Assembly: GCA_013166775.1 (NCBI GenBank)
Contig: JABLTJ010000003.1
Coordinates: 64,001 to 128,000 of the forward strand
DNA: 64,000 nt
Origin: Promethearchaeati archaeon
GTDB taxonomy: Archaea > Asgardarchaeota > Heimdallarchaeia > Heimdallarchaeales > Heimdallarchaeaceae
Reading direction: 5' to 3'
Part shown: in pieces, positions 32,257-42,210 of the stretch
Position numbering within the stretch: position 1 is the first letter of the stretch
Layout: the number at the start of each line of letters is the position of its first letter
Program-made: the position numbers and the translations under genes
Notes under the pieces: model-generated
What the model was told of the DNA's origin: nothing
The model's database searches: none
Seen by the model: only the letters and a program-made list of their open reading frames with translations

Positions 32257-33636
32257 ATGAAACCTAGAAATAATAAAACACCAGATAAAGAGATTGAAAA
32301 AGCTAAAGATTATTTGTTAGATTCAAAGAAAAATATAGAGAGATTAAAAAGTGGTAAAAAACCAAGGAGAAAACTTAGATTCATTATTGACGAGAACAGA
32401 TTTATAGTTTTTCTAATCACTGCATTGATAGTTTTTTCTGCTTTTATTCCACTATTTATTCCTAAACCTCCTCCTATAATTGCAGATCCTATGCAAGATA
32501 CTGTTAATGATACAATATATCTAATTAACTCGAACTTTACAAATGATAATAGTTTTCCTTTTAACAGTCATACTGAAACCACTCCAAGTTCTGAATTAAT
32601 TTTACTTTTTTCTCTTGCTAACTCATTTTTGAAACAAACCAATTTTGTTCCAATATCAAATGATCTTTTCGTAAGAATCCAAAACATAGAATATATCTTA
32701 GAAAATGATAGTTTTGTTGAATATTCAAATTCATCTGAAATTTTAACTATCGACAAACAGTTTCTAGGTATCTACACATTACTTCAAGCTAACCATGCAA
32801 CAAAAGGTACAGAATATTCGATGGAATTACAGGATGTATATTCAGTTTTAACTTACACATTGAACGAGTATTATTCAGAAGACTTAGAAATGATGGTCAA
32901 ACCTAGGAGCAATAAGAGTTATCTTATAGATCAAGCAGTGTCAATGTTTACTATCGCTACATTTTCGCTAGTTACAGAAGTTGATTTCATTAGCGGCTTT
33001 TCTTTGTTAAGTATTCTCCAAAATTTAATCTATTCTATCACAGAAAATTTCTATAACACATCTACCAATAGGTTTTATCATGAATTTGATTTAACGACAA
33101 ATACTTCTACTACTAGTGCAAATGTTGAATCTTTAATATTTCTTGATTTAGGCTTATCTAAGAGTGAGAGAAGATTTCCTTATGATATTGAATTCACATA
33201 CTTCACTCCCTATAGTTTACATCAAGATATAGTAAATGAAAGGGTGGATGATGATTGGATAGTTCATAATTATTTAAGTTTTGATAGCAATATTTCACTA
33301 AAGAATCAAGCGCTATTCACACTATGCTCGTACTTGTTGAGATTAAACAATGTAGGTGATGAGTTACTCAATGCTACTCTTGAACAGTTTATTTTTGATG
33401 AGGGTTTCATAGAAAACTTCTCCTTGCAAGAAGTCACTTGTGAATCTTGCTTATATGGTTTAATAGCGATAGCTAGCGAAAAATGGACAGCCATGCAAAA
33501 TGATAGAGAAGGAAGCTATATAAAAACAGAAGATTCATTGTATCCTCTTATAATTATTCCACTTCTCATAGTCACTGTGCTATTTAGAAAGAGACGGAAG
33601 AAGAGATTTAAGAGTGGTGGCCGAGGTGGGATTTGA
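32257..33636 (+). CDS. Membrane protein with N- and C-terminal TM helices; possible alpha/alpha-toroid ectodomain
   Basis: TM near residues 48-67, C-terminal TM plus RKRRKKR; helical repeats such as SYLIDQA and SLKNQA. Confidence 0.65.
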   Translation: MKPRNNKTPDKEIEKAKDYLLDSKKNIERLKSGKKPRRKLRFIIDENRFIVFLITALIVFSAFIPLFIPKPPPIIADPMQDTVNDTIYLINSNFTNDNSFPFNSHTETTPSSELILLFSLANSFLKQTNFVPISNDLFVRIQNIEYILENDSFVEYSNSSEILTIDKQFLGIYTLLQANHATKGTEYSMELQDVYSVLTYTLNEYYSEDLEMMVKPRSNKSYLIDQAVSMFTIATFSLVTEVDFISGFSLLSILQNLIYSITENFYNTSTNRFYHEFDLTTNTSTTSANVESLIFLDLGLSKSERRFPYDIEFTYFTPYSLHQDIVNERVDDDWIVHNYLSFDSNISLKNQALFTLCSYLLRLNNVGDELLNATLEQFIFDEGFIENFSLQEVTCESCLYGLIAIASEKWTAMQNDREGSYIKTEDSLYPLIIIPLLIVTVLFRKRRKKRFKSGGRGGI

Positions 33637-33722
33637 ACCCACGATCACATGCATACAAGCTTGAAAGAACGCTTCTTTTCATGTCCCCAAGCATGTATCA
33701 TACCAAGCTTGACTACCCGGTC
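33615..33722 (-). tRNA. tRNA-Pro(GGG) with 31-nt intron at 37/38 (33654..33684) and encoded CCA
   Basis: Cloverleaf folded by hand: GACCGGG/CTCGGCC-ACCA, anticodon stem CATGC/GCATG, T arm GTGGG-TTCAAAT-CCCAC. Confidence 0.92.
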
Positions 33723-33829
33723 GTTTTCTATTCTTTTTCGTTTTAGTTTTATTTTAAGCTTTTCTATTCACTTAATTACCTCAATATTCTGTTAGTAATT
33801 GTTTTATATTGATTATCTAAACGTTTTAC

Positions 33830-34576
33830 ATGAATTCAAACAAATATTTGCTTCATGAATTATCTTGGGTTGATATCAAAGCTTTAGATAAACAATCTAC
33901 AGTCTTCTTGCTTCCAGTTGGTAGTACAGAACAGCATGGTCCACAGAATCCATTAGGAACTGATTTTCTCATTGCACAATATGTTGCAAGAATAGCAGCT
34001 AAAAACTCTGAAATTGTTTATTGTTTACCTACTCTTCCAATTGGAGTAGCATCTCACCATAGAAATTTCGCAGGAACACTCTGGTTAAAACCACATACCT
34101 TTGAGACTATGGTTAAAGAAGTGATTCACTCAGTTCATTATCATGGGTTTGATAAACTCATTGTAGTCAATGGACATGGAGGAAATACCGCTTCAATAAT
34201 GCAAGCTATTTCTGAATATAATGATGTTCATGATATGCTTTGTGTACTATTTGAATGGTGGAGCGATGAAGAACTGATTAAATCAATTTTTGGAGTTCCT
34301 GGAGCTGTTCACGCAGATGCTGTCGAAACCTCTACTGTATGGGCAGCATGTCCAGATCTCGTCATTCCTGAAAGATTCGAAGGATTAACCTCTGCTGAAA
34401 AATGGGGAAGAGAAATTGGAGGACTCTTTTTATCTTCAAGAACAGATCAGTTTACAGAAACTGGTATTGCTGGTTCTTTGGATGGAATATCTAAGGATAA
34501 AGGGCAACAAGCATTAGATGCAGCTGCAAAGAAACTTGTTTATGTTGCAGAAGAATTATCTAGATATAAGAAATAA
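33830..34576 (+). CDS. Creatininase family amidohydrolase
   Basis: GSTEQHGP, GTD, NGHGGN, HADAVETS. Confidence 0.9.
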   Translation: MNSNKYLLHELSWVDIKALDKQSTVFLLPVGSTEQHGPQNPLGTDFLIAQYVARIAAKNSEIVYCLPTLPIGVASHHRNFAGTLWLKPHTFETMVKEVIHSVHYHGFDKLIVVNGHGGNTASIMQAISEYNDVHDMLCVLFEWWSDEELIKSIFGVPGAVHADAVETSTVWAACPDLVIPERFEGLTSAEKWGREIGGLFLSSRTDQFTETGIAGSLDGISKDKGQQALDAAAKKLVYVAEELSRYKK

Positions 34577-34616
34577 TATAGCAAAACAGAAAAAATTGAA
34601 AAAACGGTAAGTTAAT

Positions 34617-35231
34617 ATGAGTGTCAATTTTAAATCACTTCCAGTTATAATTCTAGCAGCTGGTGATTCTCAAAGAATGGGAGAGATTAAAGGATTGCTT
34701 GATTATAAAGGAAAACCATTTCTAGCATTTCAACTTGAGAAGTTATTGGAAATAGGATTTTGGGAGATAATTGTTGTTCTAGGAAACGATTATCAGATTT
34801 ATCAAGATAAGATTCCTAAACTCAAAAATACAGTAATTACTATAAATCCAAGTCCTGAAAAAGGACAGTTTTCATCGATTCAATACGGACTTTTAGAAGT
34901 GTCAAAAGTAAATCAATCAGGTGTGTTTATCCTTCCTGTAGATGTACCTTGCCCAGAGAAGGAAGTTTGGGAGCACTTGGAAAAAAGCCTGAGCTCATCC
35001 AACGCGAATGTTTCAATCCCAGCATATCAGGGTAAGAAGGGTCATCCCGTAATAATATCAGAAAAATTCAAGGAATATCTTTTAACCTGTAAGACAGATT
35101 CAAGACTCGATTTTGAGATAAACAAACAGAAAGACATGGAAAAAGCAAAGATTATATCAGTAAAAGACAAAAACATTACACGAAATCTTAACACTCCTGA
35201 AAACTGGGAAGAATTTAAGGTGAATCCATGA
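34617..35231 (+). CDS. mocA: Molybdenum cofactor cytidylyltransferase (MocA/YgfJ-like)
   Basis: LAAGDSQRMG, PVDVP, GHPV; ATGA overlap with xdh. Confidence 0.8.
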   Translation: MSVNFKSLPVIILAAGDSQRMGEIKGLLDYKGKPFLAFQLEKLLEIGFWEIIVVLGNDYQIYQDKIPKLKNTVITINPSPEKGQFSSIQYGLLEVSKVNQSGVFILPVDVPCPEKEVWEHLEKSLSSSNANVSIPAYQGKKGHPVIISEKFKEYLLTCKTDSRLDFEINKQKDMEKAKIISVKDKNITRNLNTPENWEEFKVNP

Positions 35232-37861
35232 ATGTAAATTTCACTCTCAATGGAGAAGAAGTAACAGTTGATTTTGAAGAAGGCATGAGTGTTCTTGATT
35301 TATTAAGAGAAGTTTGTCTAATCAAAAGCTGTAAGGATGGTTGCTCTGGTCAAGGTTTCTGTGGTGCTTGTACAATTCTCCTTGAAGGTAGAACAAGAAT
35401 GTCTTGCAGATTGAAGCCTGATACTATTGAAGGTAAAGAGATTGTCACTATCGAAGGACTGAGTGAGGAAGAAAAGAAGATTATATCAAAATCTCTTGTG
35501 AAAGAAGGAGCAATACAATGTGGTTTTTGTACTCCCGGAATTACCTTGAAGATTAAAGGATTTCTTGATAGAAACCCAAAATCGACACGGGAGGAGAAGG
35601 CAAATGCAATATCAAGCAACCTCTGCAGATGCACAGGCTATCAAAGAATTCTTGATGCTATGGAAACTGCTGAAGAACACTGGGAAAAGAAAGATACAAA
35701 TATAGCAGGACCTCCAAGAAGAAATGAATTCTTTGGAGAAAAATATGGATTTGAAAGAGAATTTACTCCAAAAGATCAAGGAGTTGGATCAAGTGCTCAT
35801 CGTTACAGAGGAATTGATATGGCTCTTGGAAAGAAACCATTCATAGCTGATATGGAAGCTGAAGGGATGCTTCATGGAGCATTTTTATTAAGTGAATATC
35901 CCAGAGCTATAGTCAGTAAGATTGATACAACTCAAGCTGAATCAGCATGTGGTGTTGTTAAGATTATTACAGCTGAAGATGTTCCAGGTAAACGTATAAT
36001 TGGACATATTATTCCAGATTGGCCAACTTTTGTCGCAGAGGGAGAAACAACCAAGTATATTGGTGATGTTTTAGTGATGGTAATAGCTGACTCAATGATA
36101 CATGCTCGAGCAGCTTTAGAAAAAATCAAAGTTGATTATGAGGTACTTGAACCAATAGATAATCCTGAAACAGCTCTTTCTGCAGAAACTGAAAAATTGC
36201 ATGAGAAAGGGAACCTGCTTGGTCATACTTTCTTTGGTAGAGGGAATGTCAAAGAAGCATTAGATAATTCCAAATATGTGATTAAAAAACAATTCAGAAC
36301 ACAAAGAATAGAACACGCATTTATGGAAGTAGAAAGCTCTCTTGCTGTGCCTACAGAGAAAGGTGTTCATGTTTATAGTCAAGGGCAAGGAGTGCATGAA
36401 GACCAAAGGCAAATAGCGGAAGTTTTAGGGCTAAATGAAGAGGATGTTATCGTTGAGTTAGTTACAAATGGAGGAGCATTCGGAGGAAAAGAAGATCTTT
36501 CATGTCAAGCTCAAACAGCAATAGCTGCGTATCTATTGAAAAAACCTGTCAAAACAGTTTTAACAAGAGAGCAATCTCTCCAAATGCATCCAAAACGTCA
36601 TCCAATGACAATGGATTATGAAGTTGGAGCGGATGAAGAAGGCAAATTTACAGCGGTTAAATTAAGGCTTATAGCTGATTCAGGTGCATATGCTTCCGTA
36701 GGAGCAAAAGTTGTTGAACGTGCTGCTGGACATTGTTGTGGTCCATATTATGTTCCCAATGTAGATGTAGATGCAAAAGCTGTTTACACTAATAATCCAC
36801 CTTGTGGAGCAATGCGTGGATTTGGTGTCAACCAAACTTCATTTGCTATCGAATCATGCCTTAATTTCATTACCAAAAAGATGAGGGATGATGGTGTTGA
36901 TATTGATGATTATGACATAAGAGAAAGGAATATTCTCAGGGATGGACAAAGATTCGCAACTGGACAAATTATGACTAAAACTGTTGTTGGAATGCAAAAA
37001 TGTCTGGATGCAGTGAAAGACGTTTACAAAAGATCTAAAGTTCCTACTGGTATTGCATGTGGAATCAAGAATACTGGTATCGGTAATGGTCTTGAGGATA
37101 CAGGACGAGTTCTCATAAAAGTTCTTGAGAATAAAAAAATAGAGATTCTAACAGGCTTTACAGAGATGGGACAAGGATTATTCACAATATTAACTCAAGT
37201 AGTAAATGAACTAACAGATATACCTCTAACTGATATGTCAGTTAAATCTATCAGTTATCCGACAACAAAATGTGGAATGACAACAGCTTCAAGGGCTACT
37301 GCATTAGATTCAATGGCAGCTAAGATGTCTGCTGAGAAGCTTGCCTTTGCTTTGAAAACCAAGTCTCTGAAAGAACTTGAGGGTGAAGAATTCCATGGAG
37401 AATATATCACTAATTTCACTGTTAAACCTGGAACACAAATCGATAATCCAGTCACACATTTAGCTTTCAGTTATGCAGTTCAAGTTGCTTTTCTTGATGA
37501 AAATGGGAATCTTAAGAAAATGATAGCAGCTCATGATGTAGGAAAAGTTATGAATCCGATGGCTTGTGCAGGTCAAATAGAAGGAGGGATTCATATGGGA
37601 TTAGGTCATACTTTATCCGAAAGCTTCCCAACAACTAACGGAATACCTGATTCTCTGAAAATGAAGGATTTACAAATCGTCAAAGCAAAAGATACTCCTG
37701 AAGTTGAAGTTATTCTTGTTGAAGTACCTGAAGATGTGGGGGGTTTTGGTTCGAAAGGAGTAGGAGAAATTGGTCTAGTACCAACTGCAGGAGCTGTAGT
37801 AGGAGCATTTCATCAATTTGATGGAAAAATTAGAAGCGAGCTTCCACTTCAAAGAAAATAA
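35228..37861 (+). CDS. xdh: Selenium-dependent-type xanthine dehydrogenase (fused 2Fe-2S and Mo-binding domains)
   Basis: GCSGQGFCGAC, QCGFCTPG, NLCRCTGY, GGAFGGKE, MRGFG, KGVGE. Confidence 0.85.
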   Translation: MNVNFTLNGEEVTVDFEEGMSVLDLLREVCLIKSCKDGCSGQGFCGACTILLEGRTRMSCRLKPDTIEGKEIVTIEGLSEEEKKIISKSLVKEGAIQCGFCTPGITLKIKGFLDRNPKSTREEKANAISSNLCRCTGYQRILDAMETAEEHWEKKDTNIAGPPRRNEFFGEKYGFEREFTPKDQGVGSSAHRYRGIDMALGKKPFIADMEAEGMLHGAFLLSEYPRAIVSKIDTTQAESACGVVKIITAEDVPGKRIIGHIIPDWPTFVAEGETTKYIGDVLVMVIADSMIHARAALEKIKVDYEVLEPIDNPETALSAETEKLHEKGNLLGHTFFGRGNVKEALDNSKYVIKKQFRTQRIEHAFMEVESSLAVPTEKGVHVYSQGQGVHEDQRQIAEVLGLNEEDVIVELVTNGGAFGGKEDLSCQAQTAIAAYLLKKPVKTVLTREQSLQMHPKRHPMTMDYEVGADEEGKFTAVKLRLIADSGAYASVGAKVVERAAGHCCGPYYVPNVDVDAKAVYTNNPPCGAMRGFGVNQTSFAIESCLNFITKKMRDDGVDIDDYDIRERNILRDGQRFATGQIMTKTVVGMQKCLDAVKDVYKRSKVPTGIACGIKNTGIGNGLEDTGRVLIKVLENKKIEILTGFTEMGQGLFTILTQVVNELTDIPLTDMSVKSISYPTTKCGMTTASRATALDSMAAKMSAEKLAFALKTKSLKELEGEEFHGEYITNFTVKPGTQIDNPVTHLAFSYAVQVAFLDENGNLKKMIAAHDVGKVMNPMACAGQIEGGIHMGLGHTLSESFPTTNGIPDSLKMKDLQIVKAKDTPEVEVILVEVPEDVGGFGSKGVGEIGLVPTAGAVVGAFHQFDGKIRSELPLQRK

Positions 37862-37880
37862 AAGAAAAATAAAGATTAAA

Positions 37881-38837
37881 TTATGGTACTATTCTGGTTC
37901 CTGTTTCACCCTTTAAAGCTCTACTGATATTTTCAGGATTGGTGACTAGAGCTTCTTTACCACCTTGTTCTAGAAATTGAACGATGGCTTTGATCTTAGG
38001 TTCCATTGATCCTTTTGCAAAATGTATTCCTTCTTCTAGATATTTTTTTGCTTCGGCAACAGTCATCTGATCCAGCTCTACTTGATCTGGTTTACCAAAA
38101 TTCAAGGAAACTTTTTCAACAGCCGTTGAAATCAAAAGCATATCTGCATTAATTTTACTGGCCAGAAAAGAAGATGCAAAATCTTTGTCAATTACCGCAG
38201 CAGTTCCCTCTAGTCCTTGATCGGTCTCAATAACAGGTATTCCTCCCCCACCCACAGTAATTGTGATTATTCCAGCATCGATCAATTTTTTGACGGCTTC
38301 CAATTCCATAATTTCTACAGGTAACGGGGAAGGCACAACTCTTCGCCAACCACGACCAGAATCTTCAGTTACATTCCAACCTAGTTCCTCTTTCCTTTGA
38401 TTTGCTTCTTCTGCTTCCATAAACGAACCAATAGGTTTAGCAGGAGCTTGGAAAGCTGGATCATTTGGGTCTACACGGACTTGAGTGACAACTGTCGCTA
38501 CTGATTTATCAATTCCTCTTTTTTTAAGCTCGTTTTGAATATTCTGTTGCAAAGAATAACCAATAGCACCTTGACTATCAGCTCCGCAAACATCTAAGGG
38601 AAGTTCATGCATACCCGATACCTTATGAGCAATTTCACTTCGTCTTAAAATGAATCCAACCTGAGGTCCATTTCCATGTCCTATTGCAATGTCCCAACCA
38701 GCCTCAATCATATCTACTAGGTGATATGAAGTTTCCTGGGCAGCTTTATATTGATCTTTCACAGTTTGATGTTGATTGGATTTAATAAGCGAGTTACCAC
38801 CAATAGCAACAACCGCTACTTTTCTCTGTTTTGACAT
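37881..38837 (-). CDS. arcC: Carbamate kinase (YqeA/ArcC)
   Basis: AIGGNSL, HGNGPQVG, GWRRVVPSP, AVIDKD, GSMEPK. Confidence 0.95.
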   Translation of the reverse strand: MSKQRKVAVVAIGGNSLIKSNQHQTVKDQYKAAQETSYHLVDMIEAGWDIAIGHGNGPQVGFILRRSEIAHKVSGMHELPLDVCGADSQGAIGYSLQQNIQNELKKRGIDKSVATVVTQVRVDPNDPAFQAPAKPIGSFMEAEEANQRKEELGWNVTEDSGRGWRRVVPSPLPVEIMELEAVKKLIDAGIITITVGGGGIPVIETDQGLEGTAAVIDKDFASSFLASKINADMLLISTAVEKVSLNFGKPDQVELDQMTVAEAKKYLEEGIHFAKGSMEPKIKAIVQFLEQGGKEALVTNPENISRALKGETGTRIVP

Positions 38838-39089
38838 TGGTATCACACTCCACATATTAAGGAGTTTAAATATTTCGTTTTCTGACTAAAAAATAAAAAA
38901 TAAAATCTTGAACACATTTAAAAACTGTTTCAGAAGTAAATTCTTCTTCTTCCTTATTGAAGTCAACTATACCTTTGAAATCTATAACATTCATCAATTA
39001 TAATTTAAATCGATTTATAATTCACACACACAAAAAAGCAAAAAAACTAGACAGCTTTTTATATTTTAAAATGCAAATTATATTTTGAT

Positions 39090-39479
39090 ATGACAGTAAT
39101 CCATTGTCCCAAATGTGGAAAAAAACACATAGCAGTTGATAGATATTGCCAATATTGTGGGAAAGATCTAGAAAATATTATATTAATGTTAAAAAGAAAA
39201 AGTCTACCATTAAGATTTCAATCAAAACCAAAACCTCAAAATAGAAGAAAAATATTTCAAAATGAAAAAAAAGTTTCAGAATACACTGAAACTGAAAAAA
39301 AACTAGAGAAATTTGATGTTCTTCCTGAAAATCTAAATAGTCAAAATTTATCAAATTTTCCATTGATTGAGAGTATGGTCAGTTCATTAGGTCCACCTTC
39401 GACTAAGAAGCAAAAAATGAAATTAAAAAGAAAGAAAGACCCTTGGTGGGAAGATTTGATGTTTTGTTGTCCTTTCTAG
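39090..39479 (+). CDS. Small zinc-ribbon protein
   Basis: CPKCG...YCQYCG; basic tail ending FCCPF. Confidence 0.6.
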   Translation: MTVIHCPKCGKKHIAVDRYCQYCGKDLENIILMLKRKSLPLRFQSKPKPQNRRKIFQNEKKVSEYTETEKKLEKFDVLPENLNSQNLSNFPLIESMVSSLGPPSTKKQKMKLKRKKDPWWEDLMFCCPF

Positions 39480-39618
39480 TATTAAGATACAGTAAGAAAT
39501 ACGCCAATTAACTCCAGGTTCAGAGCTTTTACAGGTTTTTGGAGAGAGAATACTGAGTAGTCCTAAAGATAGTTACCATTTCTGGATTAAAAAAAGATTT
39601 AGAGAGATTTTGTATCCC

Positions 39619-40590
39619 CTAACGCATTGTTAAAGCCATTACTGCTTTCTGTGCATGCATCCTATTTTCTGCTTGATCAAAGACAACTGACTGTGGACCA
39701 TCCATTACTTCACTGGTTACCTCTACATCGCGATCTGCTGGAAGTGGGTGCATGTAAATAGCATCCTTATGTGCTAAAGCCATTTTCTTTGAATCTGTGA
39801 TCCAATCCTTGTATTGATTCTGTATTTTCTTTCCTTCTTCTGGATCATTAGTTGTAAGCAAAAGACCCCAAGATTTGGCATAAACTATTTCTGCATCTTT
39901 GAAACCTTCTTTCATACTATCGACTACCTCAAATTTAGTGTCGAATGTAGTAGCTTGTTCTTGTGCTTGTTGCATAATCTCTGACATCAACTTAAATTCT
40001 GGTGGATGTGCTAAAGTAACATCTAATCCGAATCTGGGCATTTGTAGAATCAAAGACTGTGGTACTGAAATTGGTTTCAGGTACGAAGAAGCATATGCCC
40101 ATGAAACCACTATCTTCTTTCCTCTTAAATCGCGACTTTTTTTCTCAATGATTGTCATGATATCAGCAAGACATTGGTGAGGATGATAGACGTCACATTG
40201 CATATTCAAAACTGGTGAGCGAGAAGCTGATGCTACATGGTTAATGTACTTATTACCAATTCCCCAATCACAATGACGAATAACAATTCCATCAAAATAT
40301 CTTCCAAAGATTTCTCCTAGTTCTTTTTCGGTATCTCCATGAGAAACTTGAGTTGTTCGACTCTCCATGAATGCTGCATGTCCTCCTAGTTGTGCCATTC
40401 CAGCTTCATAAGAAGCTCTGGTGTGTGTACTGGAGAAGAAGAACAGCATAGCGAGAGTTTTATCTAGAAGTAAAGCATGTTACTCACCCAACGCTCTTCT
40501 TTTCTTAAGATCCCAAACAATTTCCAAGACAGGTTCTACTTCTTCTTTTGTAAAATCTAAGTCTCCTATTAAGTCATGACTGCAGATATT
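39619..40590 (-). pseudogene. Ornithine carbamoyltransferase-family pseudogene
   Basis: Upstream in-frame homology (DLIGDLDFTKEEV...ALGE*HALL) cut by TAA at 40480-40482; STRTR altered to STHTR; HPLP and QAENR retained. Confidence 0.8.
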
Positions 40591-40682
40591 TTTTTGTGTT
40601 ATTATTAAGTATTCAATTCTAAACAATTTCAGAGTATAACTGATATTTTTTTATGAGAAAAAATTATATGAAACTAAATGCT

Positions 40683-40997
40683 GGGGGACATCCTGTTCTT
40701 TTGCCTAATGACTTCAAGAATTATTCTGAAACTAAAAATGCTGAATCTTGATTAGATTTTGAAATACGAAAACAGGTTGACCAACAAAAAGCAAAGATTA
40801 TATCTGTAAAGGATTTAAATATAACACTAAACCTCAATACAATTAAAGAATGGGACGCATTCAAGGTGAAAGAATGAAGGTTTTATTTACTCTTAATGAA
40901 GAAAAAAAGACATAGATTATGAAGAAGGTCCTTTCATCAATATGATGGAAAATGGAGTGTAGAACTTCCGATTGCAAAAAAAATAAAGAGTTTGTAA
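40683..40997 (+). pseudogene. Relic of a second mocA-xdh pair (mocA 3' end plus xdh with about 2.5 kb internal deletion)
   Basis: GHPVLL...S*LDFEIRKQ...KAKIISVKD..., ATGA overlap, MKVLFTLNEE..DYEEG joined to FHQYDGK..ELP. Confidence 0.85.
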
Positions 40998-40999
40998 AA

Positions 41000-42208
41000 A
41001 TGAAAGATCAAATATTAGCTAAAGTTGAAGAATATAAACTTGATTTATTCAAGTTTTTACGAGATATGATTCGTATTCCAAGTACAAGTACTAAAGAGGA
41101 AAAACTCGTTAAGAGGATTAAAGAAGAAATGGAAAAGCTTGGATATGATGAAATTAGGATTGATAAGATGGGTAATATCTTAGGGAGAATAGGAGATGGT
41201 AAACATGTTATAGCTTTTGATGGCCATATAGATACAGTTGATGTTGGAAATCGAGAGCTTTGGACTCATGATCCTTTTGAAGGATATGAAGATGATGAAG
41301 TAATTTACGGTAGAGGGGGAAGCGATCAAGAGGGTGGTTTTGCTTCTATGGTTTATGCTGGTAAAATTATCAAAGATCTTGATATAGCAGGTGACACTAC
41401 TGTTTGGATTGTTGGAACAGTTCAGGAGGAGGATTGTGATGGACTCTGCTGGCAGTATATAATAGAAGATAAGGTAATCGAACCAGAATTTGTTATTCTA
41501 ACAGAACCAACTTCTCTGCGCGTATATAGAGGTCATAGAGGTAGGATGGAAATCAAAGTTACTGTAACAGGATTAAGCTGTCATGGTTCAGCTCCTGAAC
41601 GAGGTGATAATGCCATCTATAAAATGGCTTCTATCTTAAAAGAACTAAAGGAATTACATCCTAAACTTAAAGATGATCCATTCTTAGGCAAAGGATCTTT
41701 AACCGTTTCTGAGATTTTCTCTAAATCACCATCTAGATGTGCTGTTGCAGACGAATGTTCTATCTCAATTGATAGAAGATTAACTTTTGGAGAGAATAAA
41801 GACTCTGCTATTGGCGAGATTAGAGACTTACCTTCAGTTAGAGAGCACAATGCCAAAGTAGAGATGTATACTTACGATAAACCATCGTATACAGGATTTC
41901 AGAAGAAAGTTGATTGTTACTTTCCAACTTGGCTTATTCAAGAGGATAATCCATTATGTGGGATGTTAGTAGAAACAGCAACAGAAATAACAGGTGAAGA
42001 AGCACTTCTAGATAAATGGACTTTCTCAACTAATGGTGTTTCAATCATGGGTATGCACAACATCCCATGTATTGGGTATGGTCCTGGAAGAGAGAACCAA
42101 GCTCATGCTCCGAATGAAATCACTTTCAAAAGTGAATTGATGACAGCAGTTGCAGTGTATGCTGCTATACCTTTAAAATACACTGAACTTAAGAAAAAAC
42201 AGGTGTAA
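41000..42208 (+). CDS. ygeY: YgeY family M20 hydrolase
   Basis: [49 protein letters not shown]; start MKDQIL. Confidence 0.92.
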   Translation: MKDQILAKVEEYKLDLFKFLRDMIRIPSTSTKEEKLVKRIKEEMEKLGYDEIRIDKMGNILGRIGDGKHVIAFDGHIDTVDVGNRELWTHDPFEGYEDDEVIYGRGGSDQEGGFASMVYAGKIIKDLDIAGDTTVWIVGTVQEEDCDGLCWQYIIEDKVIEPEFVILTEPTSLRVYRGHRGRMEIKVTVTGLSCHGSAPERGDNAIYKMASILKELKELHPKLKDDPFLGKGSLTVSEIFSKSPSRCAVADECSISIDRRLTFGENKDSAIGEIRDLPSVREHNAKVEMYTYDKPSYTGFQKKVDCYFPTWLIQEDNPLCGMLVETATEITGEEALLDKWTFSTNGVSIMGMHNIPCIGYGPGRENQAHAPNEITFKSELMTAVAVYAAIPLKYTELKKKQV

Positions 42209-42210
42209 TT

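Noticed and set aside
26306-33615. tRNA-integrated provirus or island
   Set aside because: No integrase, no viral genes and no duplicated tRNA 3' end seen
4316-40751. General TGA recoding (stops in DegV and the mocA relic)
   Set aside because: Many intact genes end at TGA; the mocA copy is clearly a relic; a TAA also interrupts another pseudogene
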